From: a bacterium
Lineage (GTDB): Bacteria; Zhuqueibacterota; Zhuqueibacteria; Residuimicrobiales; Krinioviventaceae
Direction: 5' to 3'
Assembly (NCBI GenBank): GCA_963693055.1
Contig: OY843751.1
Span: 1,728,001-1,792,000, forward strand
Length of the DNA stretch: 64,000 nt
Both the position numbers and the translations under genes were made by a program. This document shows positions 28,527-39,329 of the stretch, one piece after another; within the stretch, counting starts at the first letter, position 1; each line of letters begins with the position of its first letter. Below the pieces are notes generated by a model. The model saw only the letters and a program-made list of their open reading frames with translations, was not told the DNA's origin and ran no database searches.

Positions 28527-30650
28527 ATGAATCGATCCGGTGAAAATTTTTGGAGATATAATTTTTTCCGTTATAGCGCGCTTTTGTTCATGTTTTTGCT
28601 CGTTGGGCGGTTGTTACAGATCCAATTCTCTGAAATGGAGGGTGTGATGGAAAATGTAGAAAATCCATGGACCAAAAAAGTTGTGATTCCACCAGAACGC
28701 GGCAAGATTGTAGACAGGAATATAAAGTTGTTGGCTTTTAATATTCCAACAATAACCGTTGTAGCTGATCCGCATATTGTTGAAAATAAACCGGATGCTG
28801 CATCAAAGCTGTCATTGATTCTGGGTGCAACCAAGCGCGAACTGTTGAAAATGATGAATGAAAGCGGCAAGTATGTAGTTTTGGCGCGCAAACAACCTTT
28901 TGAGGTAAGAGAGAGAATTGAAAAGCTGAATTTAGCGGGAGTTAAGTGCGAAATTGCAATGACCCGCAAGTATCCTCAAAAAAATATTGCCAGCCAGTTG
29001 TTAGGATTCACAGATGTTGATGGAGTGGGGATTAGTGGTCTTGAAAAATCTCTGGATTATTCATTGCGTGGTGTACCGGGCAAGATGCTGTACCAGAAAA
29101 CCGCTACAAATGATTTTTTTAATCATCCGGATTACCCAATCATTCCGCCGGAAAATGGGCAGGATGTGGTTTTGTCTATAGATTATCGATATCAGCATAT
29201 TGCGGAAGAAGAGTTGTTGACAACAATTAATACACACAAGGCTGAAGGTGGTGTAGCCGTAATTATGAATCCCAAGACTGGAGAAGTGCTGGCTATGGCA
29301 TCGGAACCGGGATTTGATCCCAATCATGCGAATCAATATGATGCCAGCTGCTGGAGATTACGTCCAATTACTGACGCTTTTGAACCCGGCTCTACTTTCA
29401 AGCTTGTTTTAATGTCTGCGGTATTGAATGAAGGTTTGCATACACCCGATGATTTGGTGTTCTGTGAAAATGGAAAATATGAATTGATGGATGTGAGAAT
29501 TCCAGATACTTCACCACATGCCTGGTTGACATTGCGTGAGGTTTTGGTATACTCTTCGAATATTGGTGTTGCCAAATTGGCAATGGATATTGATAAACGA
29601 ACCTTGTATGAATATGCAAGGGCATATGGTTTTGGTAATCGTTATGATTTTGATATTATAGGTGAAAGGGAAGGCATTTTAAAACCGGTTAAAGACTGGT
29701 CTGGTGTTACTCCTGCATTTATGTCAATTGGTCATGAAATTACAGCCACTTCATTGCAAATGTGCAATATGTTTTGTGCTGTTGCAAATGGCGGATATTT
29801 ATTAAGTCCTTCAATTATTAAAGAGATCCGTAAGGATGGTCAGACACTGGTAAAAACAAAGCCAAAAGTAATTCGTAAGGTGATTTCCAGTACAACTGCT
29901 GATACTTTGAAAAATATTATGCGTGATGTGGTAATTAAAGGTACGGGTACCAATGCACAGATAGCGGGTATGAATATTTGTGGTAAAACCGGTACCGCCC
30001 AAATGGCATATACTACTGGAAATCGTGTTGGATATCAAAAAAATAATTATATTGCCAGTTTTGGAGGCTTTTTCCCTGAAGAAGATCCAAAGCTTGTTAT
30101 TTTTGTAATGGTTGAAAAACCCCGTGTGGGTTATTATGGTGGAACTATTTCGGCACCATGTTTCAAAAGAATTGCTGAACGTATTATAGATATTGAAGGT
30201 CGTGATTATTTTATAAAGTCTGATGATGATTTGGAAAACAGTAAGAATGATGGCCCTGTGGTTGTTCCTAATTTGGTGGGAACAACCAGAGATTATGTGA
30301 ATGATATGGTAGTGGATGAGCATTTTATTGCAAATATATCTGGTTCAGGTGATGTGATTCTCTCTCAGGACCCAAAACCGGGTACCGAGCTTCAGGAAGC
30401 AAAAGAGTTGTTTCTTTCAGCAACTGATACAAAAGTTGAGAATGATTCAACGGTGCCTGATGTAACCGGTCTTCCATTGCGTAATGCATTGAATGTTTTG
30501 TCTTTAAATGGGATATCGGTAGTTGTTGAGGGCTCTGGTAAAGTGGTTAAGCAAACCCCTAAAGCGGGCAGTACATTGAAAAACAAGGAACAAGTTTTAC
30601 TGCATTGTGAAACCGCTATAAATTTAAAAGATTTGATTGTAATGAATTAG
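28527..30650 (+). CDS. ftsI: Class B PBP (FtsI) with two PASTA domains
   Basis: RGKIVDRN, EPGSTFK, SSN, GKTGTAQ; VPNLVG and VPDVTG PASTA repeats. Confidence 0.93.
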   Translation: MNRSGENFWRYNFFRYSALLFMFLLVGRLLQIQFSEMEGVMENVENPWTKKVVIPPERGKIVDRNIKLLAFNIPTITVVADPHIVENKPDAASKLSLILGATKRELLKMMNESGKYVVLARKQPFEVRERIEKLNLAGVKCEIAMTRKYPQKNIASQLLGFTDVDGVGISGLEKSLDYSLRGVPGKMLYQKTATNDFFNHPDYPIIPPENGQDVVLSIDYRYQHIAEEELLTTINTHKAEGGVAVIMNPKTGEVLAMASEPGFDPNHANQYDASCWRLRPITDAFEPGSTFKLVLMSAVLNEGLHTPDDLVFCENGKYELMDVRIPDTSPHAWLTLREVLVYSSNIGVAKLAMDIDKRTLYEYARAYGFGNRYDFDIIGEREGILKPVKDWSGVTPAFMSIGHEITATSLQMCNMFCAVANGGYLLSPSIIKEIRKDGQTLVKTKPKVIRKVISSTTADTLKNIMRDVVIKGTGTNAQIAGMNICGKTGTAQMAYTTGNRVGYQKNNYIASFGGFFPEEDPKLVIFVMVEKPRVGYYGGTISAPCFKRIAERIIDIEGRDYFIKSDDDLENSKNDGPVVVPNLVGTTRDYVNDMVVDEHFIANISGSGDVILSQDPKPGTELQEAKELFLSATDTKVENDSTVPDVTGLPLRNALNVLSLNGISVVVEGSGKVVKQTPKAGSTLKNKEQVLLHCETAINLKDLIVMN

Positions 30651-30657
30651 GATTGAT

Positions 30658-32061
30658 GTGAGTAGCTTGAATTTAACAATATCAGAAATACTTTTAATTG
30701 ATGCCATTTCAATTGCCTGGAAAGGTAATGTATCTGTTCCTGATGGTAACATACGGCAAATCAGCACCGATTCAAGAAGCCTTGAAGCAGGTGATGTGTT
30801 TGTGGCAATTGAAGGTGAACGGTTTAATGGTCATGATTTTGTAAAGCAAGCTGTAGAAGCTAAAGTTTCGGCTTGTGTTGTTTCTGAAAAATGGTACAGT
30901 ATGAATTCAGGGGCTTTTGAGAATTCTGGTTTTCTTGTTGTACAGGATACTTTAGAAGCATATCAGGAAATTGCACGATTTTATAGAATGAAATTTGATA
31001 TTCCTGTTGTGGCTATTACAGGAAGTAGTGGTAAAACCACAACAAAGGAATTTGTTGCGAGCGTTTTATCGCAAAAATATAATGTGTTGAGCAATATTAA
31101 ATCCTTTAATAATCACATCGGTGTTCCGGCAACTTTGCTGAACCTGAGACCCGAACATGAAATTCTGGTTACAGAGCTGGGTACCAATCATTTTGGTGAG
31201 CTGGACCGACTCAGCTACCTGGTTGAACCATCTGTTTGTCTTTTTACCAATATCGGCTATGCACATTTGGAGTTTTTTAAGGATAAGCAGGGTGTTGCAA
31301 GAGCCAAAATGGAAATGCTCAACAGTATGCAAGCTAATGGTTTGATTATTTATAATGCTGATGATCCGATTTTGGCAGATGTGACTTTTCCTTCTGAGAA
31401 TCTGGTTTCATTTGGGACAAGTCAGGGAGCTGATGTATCAGGGCAAATATTATATTGTGATGCTCTTGCAAAATATAGATTTGATTTTTCTGGTACCCTG
31501 GTGCAGTTGTCCGTACCCGGAAGTCATAATGTTTCGAACGCATTGGCTGCAACGGCGGTGGCAAAACATTTTAACGTTGAAAATCAAAAAATTAAAGACG
31601 GAATTGAGTCTTTTAATTTTGTAGAAAAACGCATGCATGTGGTTGAGCATGGATCCATACGAATTATAGACGATACATATAATTCAAATCCCGGCAGCTG
31701 TATGGCTGCAATAGATACTTTGAAAGATATAAAAACCGGATTAAATGGACGTCGCATTGCTATTCTTGCAGATATGAAAGAATTGGGACAATTTTCTATT
31801 GATGAACATGTGAACATTTTTAAATATGCGGGAAGCAAGGAAATTGATGCATTATTTCTGTTCGGTAGCGAGATGGAAAAGGCTTTCGAATTGGTTGATA
31901 AACATTGTTTTGATTTTCTCGGACATTTTCAGGACAAATCCGGTTTATTTGATACATTGAAACAATATGTGGCTTCCCAAGATGTTTTACTTGTCAAGGG
32001 ATCACGTTCCATGCATATGGAAGAAATTGTTGAAAATTTAAAATCCATAGAGGAAATGTAA
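30658..32061 (+). CDS. murF: UDP-MurNAc-tripeptide:D-Ala-D-Ala ligase
   Basis: TDSR, ITGSSGKTTTKE, FNNHIGVP, DTYNSNP, DMKELG, LVKGSR. Confidence 0.95.
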   Translation: MSSLNLTISEILLIDAISIAWKGNVSVPDGNIRQISTDSRSLEAGDVFVAIEGERFNGHDFVKQAVEAKVSACVVSEKWYSMNSGAFENSGFLVVQDTLEAYQEIARFYRMKFDIPVVAITGSSGKTTTKEFVASVLSQKYNVLSNIKSFNNHIGVPATLLNLRPEHEILVTELGTNHFGELDRLSYLVEPSVCLFTNIGYAHLEFFKDKQGVARAKMEMLNSMQANGLIIYNADDPILADVTFPSENLVSFGTSQGADVSGQILYCDALAKYRFDFSGTLVQLSVPGSHNVSNALAATAVAKHFNVENQKIKDGIESFNFVEKRMHVVEHGSIRIIDDTYNSNPGSCMAAIDTLKDIKTGLNGRRIAILADMKELGQFSIDEHVNIFKYAGSKEIDALFLFGSEMEKAFELVDKHCFDFLGHFQDKSGLFDTLKQYVASQDVLLVKGSRSMHMEEIVENLKSIEEM

Positions 32062-33147
32062 ATGCTGTATTATTTACTAACACCTTTACGCGATCAATTT
32101 ATTGGCTTTAATCTGTTCCGGTATATTTCTTTCCGGGCCGCATTGAGTGTGTTTTTTGCGTTTTTAATAAGTGTGCTGTTGGGTCCTGTCATTATTCGTA
32201 TGTTGAAAAAGCACCAGATTGGTGAAGAAATAAGAAATGACGGGCCGGAATCTCATTTAAGTAAGCGCGGTACTCCCAGTATGGGCGGTTTGATCATTAT
32301 TATAAGTGTTTTGATACCCACATTGTTATTTGCCAAGTATATGGAAATGTATGTTTGGTTAATATTGCTGGTAACGCTGGTATTGACAGCTATTGGTTTT
32401 ATGGACGATTATTTGAAAATTGTAAAAAAAGAACCCAAAGGTTTAATTGCCCGTAAGAAATTATTATTTCAGATATTGTTAGGCCTTGTTGTGGGTGTCC
32501 TTTTATACTTTTTCCCTCCTGTTGAAAATGCAAGAGCGGTTTCAACGGTACCGTTTTTCAAAGATTATGAATTTAATTTTGGTATTTTCTATATACCCTT
32601 TATTGCTTTTATTATCACCGCTACATCGAACAGTTCGAATCTTACTGACGGATTAGACGGATTGCTTGCAGGATTAAGTGCTGTGGCGGCTTTGGCTTTT
32701 GGTGCCATTGCTTATGTTTCGGGCCGTGTGGATTTTACAGATTATCTAAATATTATCTATTTACCAGGTGCGGGAGAAATTGCTATTTTTTGTGCTGCTT
32801 TGTTTGGCGCCTGTCTTGGATTTCTCTGGTACAATACGTATCCCGCACAGGTTTTTATGGGCGACACCGGCTCTTTGGCGCTAGGTGGTTCTATAGCTGC
32901 CATTTCAATTCTGGTTAAAAAAGAATTTTGGTTGTTGTTCATCTGTGCCATTTTTGTTATAGAGAGTTTGTCTGTAATTATTCAGGTAGCATATTTTAAA
33001 AGAACAGGTAAACGAGTATTTAGAATGGCTCCCATTCACCATCACTTTGAATTGAAACCTCTGGCAGAACCCAAAGTTGTTGTACGGTTCTGGATTGTAG
33101 GAATTTTGCTGGCATTATTAACACTTGCAACTTTTAAGATAAGATAA
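32062..33147 (+). CDS. mraY: Phospho-MurNAc-pentapeptide transferase
   Basis: [34 protein letters not shown]. Confidence 0.97.
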   Translation: MLYYLLTPLRDQFIGFNLFRYISFRAALSVFFAFLISVLLGPVIIRMLKKHQIGEEIRNDGPESHLSKRGTPSMGGLIIIISVLIPTLLFAKYMEMYVWLILLVTLVLTAIGFMDDYLKIVKKEPKGLIARKKLLFQILLGLVVGVLLYFFPPVENARAVSTVPFFKDYEFNFGIFYIPFIAFIITATSNSSNLTDGLDGLLAGLSAVAALAFGAIAYVSGRVDFTDYLNIIYLPGAGEIAIFCAALFGACLGFLWYNTYPAQVFMGDTGSLALGGSIAAISILVKKEFWLLFICAIFVIESLSVIIQVAYFKRTGKRVFRMAPIHHHFELKPLAEPKVVVRFWIVGILLALLTLATFKIR

Positions 33148-33152
33148 AAAGC

Positions 33153-34409
33153 ATGTTGGATTTGTTTAAAAAAATAGATTTTTCTAGAGTAGATTATATC
33201 CTGTTATCCAGTGTCATGTTTTTACTGGTATTGGGTGCGGCTATTGTTTTTTCTTCGAGCTCTTATCGTGCTGACCAGTTAACAGGTGACAGTGCTTATT
33301 ATTTTAAAAATCATATGATAAAAGTTATAATTGGCTTGATATTTTTAGCTGTTTTGATATTGGTGGATTACAGGGTATGGTTAAATATATCTCCAATATT
33401 GTATTTGGGAGCTATTGTATTGTTGGTCACTCTTTTTTTGCCATTGCCAATTGTGATCAGTAAAAATGAAGCTTCTCGTTGGTTGGGATTGGGACCATTT
33501 ACATTTCAACCTTCAGATTTTGCCAGATATGTTCTAGTGTTTCTGATGGCAAGGCTATTATTTGAGAATAAAGAATATCTTGAAACCTGGAAGGGATTTC
33601 TTGTACATATATTTGTTGCTGGTGTCATAATCGTATTGATTGCTGCTGAAAAAGATTTGGGTACAGCAATCATGGTCACTATTATTGTATTTAGTATGTT
33701 CTTTCTCGCTGAAGTGAAATTTATCTATATTTTGTCGTTGGGAATGACAGCAATTACAGCTGGTTTAGCGTACCTTGTGCGTAATCCTTATATGTTGAAA
33801 CGTGTTTATTCCTATATCGATGTATCTATCAATAATAATTTTAGCGATTACCAATTACAGCAGTCGATAAATGCTTTTCGTTTTGGAGGTATCTTTGGAC
33901 GTGGTATTGGTAACAGTATTCAAAAATACGAGTTTTTACCAGAAGCCCATAAAGATTTTATTTTTTCGGTAATTGGTGAAGAATTGGGTATGATTGGCGC
34001 AATAGCGGTTCTGGTTTTGTTTTTTGTTGTCATGTACCGTGGATTTCAGATCGCTAAAACAGCACCTGATGGTTATGGGAAATTGCTTGCTGGCGGTATT
34101 ACCATTTGTATTGGTTTGTATGCTTTTTTCAATGCTGCTGTAACTTTGGCAATTTTACCCACAACGGGTATTCCTATGCCGTTTATCAGTTATGGTGGAT
34201 CTGCAATGGTAACACACCTTGCAGCGGTTGGTGTGTTGATCAATATATCGTCACAGAGTCGGAAATCGTTTATGAATTATCCGAGTCGTTCAACATATCA
34301 AAGTCGTATCAATCGGTTGAATGTGAATGCTTCAAAAGCAACACCCAAGCCCAAGAAACGGAAAAAATATAAAAGACGTCCTGCACCACAGTACAAGGTT
34401 GGTTTGTAA
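33153..34409 (+). CDS. ftsW: SEDS peptidoglycan polymerase FtsW
   Basis: RW..G..QPS, DLG, LPEAHKDFIF..GEELG, PFISYGGS. Confidence 0.94.
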   Translation: MLDLFKKIDFSRVDYILLSSVMFLLVLGAAIVFSSSSYRADQLTGDSAYYFKNHMIKVIIGLIFLAVLILVDYRVWLNISPILYLGAIVLLVTLFLPLPIVISKNEASRWLGLGPFTFQPSDFARYVLVFLMARLLFENKEYLETWKGFLVHIFVAGVIIVLIAAEKDLGTAIMVTIIVFSMFFLAEVKFIYILSLGMTAITAGLAYLVRNPYMLKRVYSYIDVSINNNFSDYQLQQSINAFRFGGIFGRGIGNSIQKYEFLPEAHKDFIFSVIGEELGMIGAIAVLVLFFVVMYRGFQIAKTAPDGYGKLLAGGITICIGLYAFFNAAVTLAILPTTGIPMPFISYGGSAMVTHLAAVGVLINISSQSRKSFMNYPSRSTYQSRINRLNVNASKATPKPKKRKKYKRRPAPQYKVGL

Positions 34410-35530
34410 TGAATGATGGCGCTTTTAAAAAAACTTATATTTTTGCCGGTGGTGGAACAGGTGGCCATTTGTATCCTGCTATTGCCATAGGGCAGCGGCT
34501 GTTGGAGTTGGAGCTGGAAGCGCAGATTCATTTTATTGGTACTGAAAAAGGTTTGGAAAACCGGGTAATACCTGAAATAGGCTATCCTTTGCATAAAATT
34601 GCGGTTCGTGGTTTTTCAAGAAAGAATCTCTTTTCAAATGTTGGCGTTATTTTCCGATTGATATACAGTTTATTTCAATGTGTAGAACTCTTGAAGAAAA
34701 TTAAACCCCTGGCAGTGATTGGTACCGGTGGTTACGTAAGCGGCCCTATGTTATTTATAGCTAATTTAATGGGATACCCAACACTTATACAGGAACAGAA
34801 CAGTTACCCAGGTGTAACGACCCGTTTATTGGCTAAAAAAGTTGATCAAGTGCACCTGAGTTTTAAAGAATCTTTTAAATATTTTAAAAGTCAAAAGAAT
34901 TTGCATTTGACCGGAAACCCTGTCAGAAAATTTGATATGAATATTGGCACTGAAAAGGCCAGAACTTTTTTTAACCTGGATCCTGATAAGGTAACCGTGT
35001 TGATCTTTGGTGGTAGTCAGGGTGCTTTGGCAATCAATAAAGCATTTGCAAATTCAATTAGTCGGGTGTTGGCTGAAACCGATGCTCAGTTTATTTGGCT
35101 CAGCGGTAAATATAGCTATGAAATGGCTAAAAAAAGTTCAGCGGGACATGAACCCCGAATTTACGTGACGGATTATCTGGATAATATGAGTATGGCTTAT
35201 AATGCATCTGATCTTGCTGCCAGCCGTGCAGGAGCTATTGCATTATCTGAATTGGCGATATGTGGTTTACCATCGGTTTTAATTCCATATCCATTTGCGG
35301 CAGCTGACCATCAATCGTTTAACGCAAAAACATTTGAAAATGCCGGTGCTGCTCTGATATTAACAGAAAATGAAATTGCCAATAATTCTGAATTATTTAC
35401 AGACACAATTATTGATTTTGTTAACAATAAAGAAAAACGTATGAAAATGAGCCGGGCGGCAAAAAAGATGTCTTTTCCTAATTCGGTAGATAAACTGGCA
35501 GAGTCAATTACGTTAATTAGTAAAAAATGA
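34409..35530 (+). CDS. murG: Lipid II GlcNAc transferase
   Basis: GGGTGGH, GGYVS, EQN, GNPVR, GGSQGA, DHQ..NA. Confidence 0.96.
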   Translation: MNDGAFKKTYIFAGGGTGGHLYPAIAIGQRLLELELEAQIHFIGTEKGLENRVIPEIGYPLHKIAVRGFSRKNLFSNVGVIFRLIYSLFQCVELLKKIKPLAVIGTGGYVSGPMLFIANLMGYPTLIQEQNSYPGVTTRLLAKKVDQVHLSFKESFKYFKSQKNLHLTGNPVRKFDMNIGTEKARTFFNLDPDKVTVLIFGGSQGALAINKAFANSISRVLAETDAQFIWLSGKYSYEMAKKSSAGHEPRIYVTDYLDNMSMAYNASDLAASRAGAIALSELAICGLPSVLIPYPFAAADHQSFNAKTFENAGAALILTENEIANNSELFTDTIIDFVNNKEKRMKMSRAAKKMSFPNSVDKLAESITLISKK

Positions 35531-35543
35531 AGCAGGTGTAGTT

Positions 35544-36266
35544 ATGGATTTTATGTTTCTCGGTAAAAAAGTATTGTTTTTCAGCCTGGCCCTGCTAACC
35601 GGTTTGTTTATTACACAGGCCATTATAGAAGCACATTCACCAGAACCCGAAAGTTTTGATGATGTTGTATTAATTGAAAATAATATGGAAACAGTGGAGG
35701 ATAAAGAATCCGTTAATACCTTGATCAGGTCAAGTATTCAGGAATGGGTGGGTGAAACAGAAGATAATATGGTATCCATAAATTCCCCCATAATATCAAC
35801 TGTTCTTGAATCCAGAAATGAAAAAGGGACTCCTTTTGCCTATGTATCTGCAAACAGAATTTTTATTGTAGACCACAAAGGTAAATTGCTGGCCCCGGCT
35901 GACTCGCTTGGATTTCATGATTTACCCATTATTTCAGGTGATTCGCTAAAAATTTATTCGTCAACTTTTCGACTAGCCGGTGACGGTGTTAGTGATGCGT
36001 TAAATCTGATCAAAAATGCACAAAAACAAGGTACTATTGTATACAGTAATCTTTCGGAAATCAACATTCAACCAAAATTGGGATTGGTTGTTTATAGTAA
36101 TATTTCCAAGGGATTGCCATTAATTGTAGGAAGTGGAAGCATAGAAAAAAAGATTCGGAACTTGAGAACATTTATCCAGGAATTTGGAGATTCAAAGTTA
36201 CTGACCCAAACCCGTTATCTGGATTTACGTCTGGATGGACAAATTATTCTTAAAAAACGGGTGTAA
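35544..36266 (+). CDS. ftsQ: Divergent FtsQ/DivIB
   Basis: N-terminal TM, PFA..VD..G, LPII, C-terminal YLDLR; directly before ftsA. Confidence 0.72.
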   Translation: MDFMFLGKKVLFFSLALLTGLFITQAIIEAHSPEPESFDDVVLIENNMETVEDKESVNTLIRSSIQEWVGETEDNMVSINSPIISTVLESRNEKGTPFAYVSANRIFIVDHKGKLLAPADSLGFHDLPIISGDSLKIYSSTFRLAGDGVSDALNLIKNAQKQGTIVYSNLSEINIQPKLGLVVYSNISKGLPLIVGSGSIEKKIRNLRTFIQEFGDSKLLTQTRYLDLRLDGQIILKKRV

Positions 36267-36303
36267 AAAATCTATGTCAAGAACAACGTAGTGGGGTAAC
36301 ATT

Positions 36304-37548
36304 ATGGAAGCTATGGATATAATTACCGGTCTTGATATCGGTACAACAAAAATTGGTTGTTTTATAGCAGAAATCGGGCCAACCGGTCGATTGAAAATCA
36401 TCGGTGTGAGCACTGTACCTTCTGATGGTTTGCGATATGGAGTAGTAGTGGATATTGATAAAACCGTCGTGTCAATCCGTAATGCCATTAAAAAAGCTGA
36501 AGAAATGGCAGGAATTGAGGTAGATCTGGTTTTTGCGGGTATTGCGGGAGATCATATTCGCAGTATTAATGGAAGAGGTGTAGTTGCAATATCCGGAGAA
36601 AATGGAGAAGTATCATCAGATGATGTTCGCCGGGTAATAGATGCTGCAAAAGCAGTTGCGCTGCCTATAGACAGAGAGATAATTCATATTTTACCGCAGG
36701 AATTTATCGTTGACGATCAGCGTGGAATTCGTGACCCGGTCGGTATGAAAGGTGTTCGTCTTGAAGCCGAAGTTCACATTGTTACCGGTGCAATTGCATC
36801 GGCGCAGAACATTCATCGCTGTATTGAGCGTGCGGGTTATGGCGTTGCAGATCTTGTATTGGAACCGTTAGCTTCAAGTTTTTCTGTCTTGACCGATGAT
36901 GAGAAAGAGTTGGGTGTAATTCTTATTGATATTGGTGGCGGAACAAGTGATATAGCCATGTTTTATGAGGGTTGTATTCGTCATACCTCTGTTGTGGCTT
37001 TGGGCGGCAGGAATGTAACCAATGATCTTGCAATTGTGTTAAGAACACCACTAGACGCGGCAGAAAAATTAAAGATAAATCACAGCAGTGTACTTCACGA
37101 AGAAGATGATAAAGATAAAATTGTTGAAGTTGCAGGTGTAAACAATAGAGCACCTCGCAAGATTTCTAAAGGACTGTTGGTTGACATTGTTCAACCTCGT
37201 CTGGTAGAGATATTGACACTGTGTTATGAAGAAGTACGCAAATCAGATTATATTAATTTAATGACTACAGGACTGGTACTTACTGGTGGTGGTTCGATGA
37301 TACCAGGAACAGTAGAGCTTGCAGAAGATATTTTTAATATGCCTGTAAAAATTGGCATTCCACAGGGTTTCTCTGGTCTTGTAGAAGAGGCCCAGAATCC
37401 CAAATTTGCAACAGGTGTAGGACTGGTTCAATATGGTTATTTGCACCATGGAGAAATATTTGAAGCATTGGAAGGTGAAGAAGGAATTTTTGATTCGATC
37501 AAAAAACGTTTTCGCCGTTGGTTTGGTAGCGTAACCACTATGTATTAA
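36304..37548 (+). CDS. ftsA: Cell division protein FtsA
   Basis: GLDIGTTK, EPLAS, DIGGGT, LTGGG, C-terminal amphipathic helix. Confidence 0.97.
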   Translation: MEAMDIITGLDIGTTKIGCFIAEIGPTGRLKIIGVSTVPSDGLRYGVVVDIDKTVVSIRNAIKKAEEMAGIEVDLVFAGIAGDHIRSINGRGVVAISGENGEVSSDDVRRVIDAAKAVALPIDREIIHILPQEFIVDDQRGIRDPVGMKGVRLEAEVHIVTGAIASAQNIHRCIERAGYGVADLVLEPLASSFSVLTDDEKELGVILIDIGGGTSDIAMFYEGCIRHTSVVALGGRNVTNDLAIVLRTPLDAAEKLKINHSSVLHEEDDKDKIVEVAGVNNRAPRKISKGLLVDIVQPRLVEILTLCYEEVRKSDYINLMTTGLVLTGGGSMIPGTVELAEDIFNMPVKIGIPQGFSGLVEEAQNPKFATGVGLVQYGYLHHGEIFEALEGEEGIFDSIKKRFRRWFGSVTTMY

Positions 37549-37562
37549 AATTGAGGTTTATT

Positions 37563-37769
37563 ATGAATTTTACCGAATTTGAATCTTTTGAAAATGTAAC
37601 AATTCCTATGAGCTTGATTGAAGATACGCTCGAATTGCTATTGAATCCTAAACGCATCATTTCGGATTCAAATGAAATTGTTTTGGATTGGAATAAACGG
37701 ACCGAGGTTTATAACCGTTTATTTGATGTGATGAAAAAGTGCAGCAGTACAGAACTTTTGAATAGTTAA
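37563..37769 (+). CDS. Small hypothetical protein (68 aa) between ftsA and ftsZ
   Basis: GAGGT RBS before ATG 37563; protein-like helical composition; no family recognised. Confidence 0.6.
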   Translation: MNFTEFESFENVTIPMSLIEDTLELLLNPKRIISDSNEIVLDWNKRTEVYNRLFDVMKKCSSTELLNS

Positions 37770-37853
37770 TTAATACCCTAATGATTGAAATTTTCGGTTT
37801 AGGCTGGTGTTGGGTCCAGCCATGTCCGTATAATTAAATAAAAGGAGTGGGCT

Positions 37854-39245
37854 ATGAGTAATATGACATTTGATTTTGATGATAGCCGCCAGAATGGCGC
37901 TATACTTAAAGTTGTTGGTGTTGGTGGTGCCGGAGGTAACGCAATTAACCGTATGATTGCCGAAGGTCTTGCAGGTGTAGAGTTTATTGGTATTAATACT
38001 GATGAACAGGCACTGAACCTTTGTAAAGCACCTGGTAAAGTATATGTTGGTACCAAATCTACACAAGGATTGGGTGCCGGCGCTGATCCGGAAAAAGGTA
38101 AACGCGCGGTAGAAGAAGACCGTAATGCCGTATATGATTATCTTTCTGATGCAGATATGGTATTCATTGCTGCAGGAATGGGTGGTGGTACCGGAACAGG
38201 AGCCTCGCCTATTGTTGCAGAAATTGCCAAAGATATTGGTGCTTTAACCGTAGGTATTGTTACAACTCCATTTATTTTTGAAGGCCCAAAACGCATCCAA
38301 CGAGCAGAAGAAGGAATAAATGAACTTAAAGAACGTGTAGACACCTTGATTGTTATTCCAAATCAGCGCTTGCTTACTATAGTTCCTAAAAATACACCAC
38401 TAGATGCTGGTTTTAGATATGCTGATGAGATCCTGTTTAATGCAACAAAAGGTATTTCTGATTTGATCACAATACCCGGTTTGATTAACCTTGACTTTGC
38501 CGATGTTCGCACAATCATGAGTGAAATGGGAGACGCTCTGATGGGTTGCGGTCAGGCTTCCGGAGAAGACCGTGCAAAAATTGCTGCACAACAGGCAATT
38601 AATAGTCCATTGTTGGAAGATGTTAGCATTTCAGGTGCATTGGGAGTACTTGTAAATATTACCGGTGGTTCAGAAATGAGTTTGCATGAAGTAAATGAAG
38701 CTGCCAGTATTATATCGGAAGAAGCAGGACCAAAAGCGAATGTTATTTTTGGTTCAGTTATTGATAATACTTTGGACGAAGAGATTCGCATCACTGTAAT
38801 TGCAACCGGATTAGCATCGCAACGTGGGAAAAAACGTTTTGGTATGTATGGTCAATTAAACCGCCCAAAATATGAAACACATAGCCCCTCAGGCTCAGAA
38901 AATATTGATCCTCGTGAGATTCCGGCATATGATAGAATTGAAAAAATAAATGAAAAAATGAACCAGAGTGCTAATATAGATATGCAATCTGTGAATCAGG
39001 CTAAAAAAATGAATCAACCTCGATATGAAGAGCCTAAACCAGAACCAACACCAAAACCCGAATCCCGTTTTGAGCACGTAGATCATACCAGTAATATGAA
39101 TCATGATAATGGTTCAAATGGGTACGGAAGTTCTTCAAACGGTTCTAATGGATATGACAAGCCTGCGAATGGATATACTAATGATGATTATCAAATCCCG
39201 GCATATAAACGTAAAAAATGGAATATGTTTGGTGATTTGGATTAA
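37854..39245 (+). CDS. ftsZ: Cell division protein FtsZ
   Basis: [25 protein letters not shown]-terminal IPAY peptide. Confidence 0.98.
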   Translation: MSNMTFDFDDSRQNGAILKVVGVGGAGGNAINRMIAEGLAGVEFIGINTDEQALNLCKAPGKVYVGTKSTQGLGAGADPEKGKRAVEEDRNAVYDYLSDADMVFIAAGMGGGTGTGASPIVAEIAKDIGALTVGIVTTPFIFEGPKRIQRAEEGINELKERVDTLIVIPNQRLLTIVPKNTPLDAGFRYADEILFNATKGISDLITIPGLINLDFADVRTIMSEMGDALMGCGQASGEDRAKIAAQQAINSPLLEDVSISGALGVLVNITGGSEMSLHEVNEAASIISEEAGPKANVIFGSVIDNTLDEEIRITVIATGLASQRGKKRFGMYGQLNRPKYETHSPSGSENIDPREIPAYDRIEKINEKMNQSANIDMQSVNQAKKMNQPRYEEPKPEPTPKPESRFEHVDHTSNMNHDNGSNGYGSSSNGSNGYDKPANGYTNDDYQIPAYKRKKWNMFGDLD

Positions 39246-39329
39246 GTTGAAAACCCCACTCCCATGGCGCTCGACATCCCAACTCGTACAATTGGTTTAA
39301 CCAATTGTTGAGCGAGCTGCCTATAAAAC

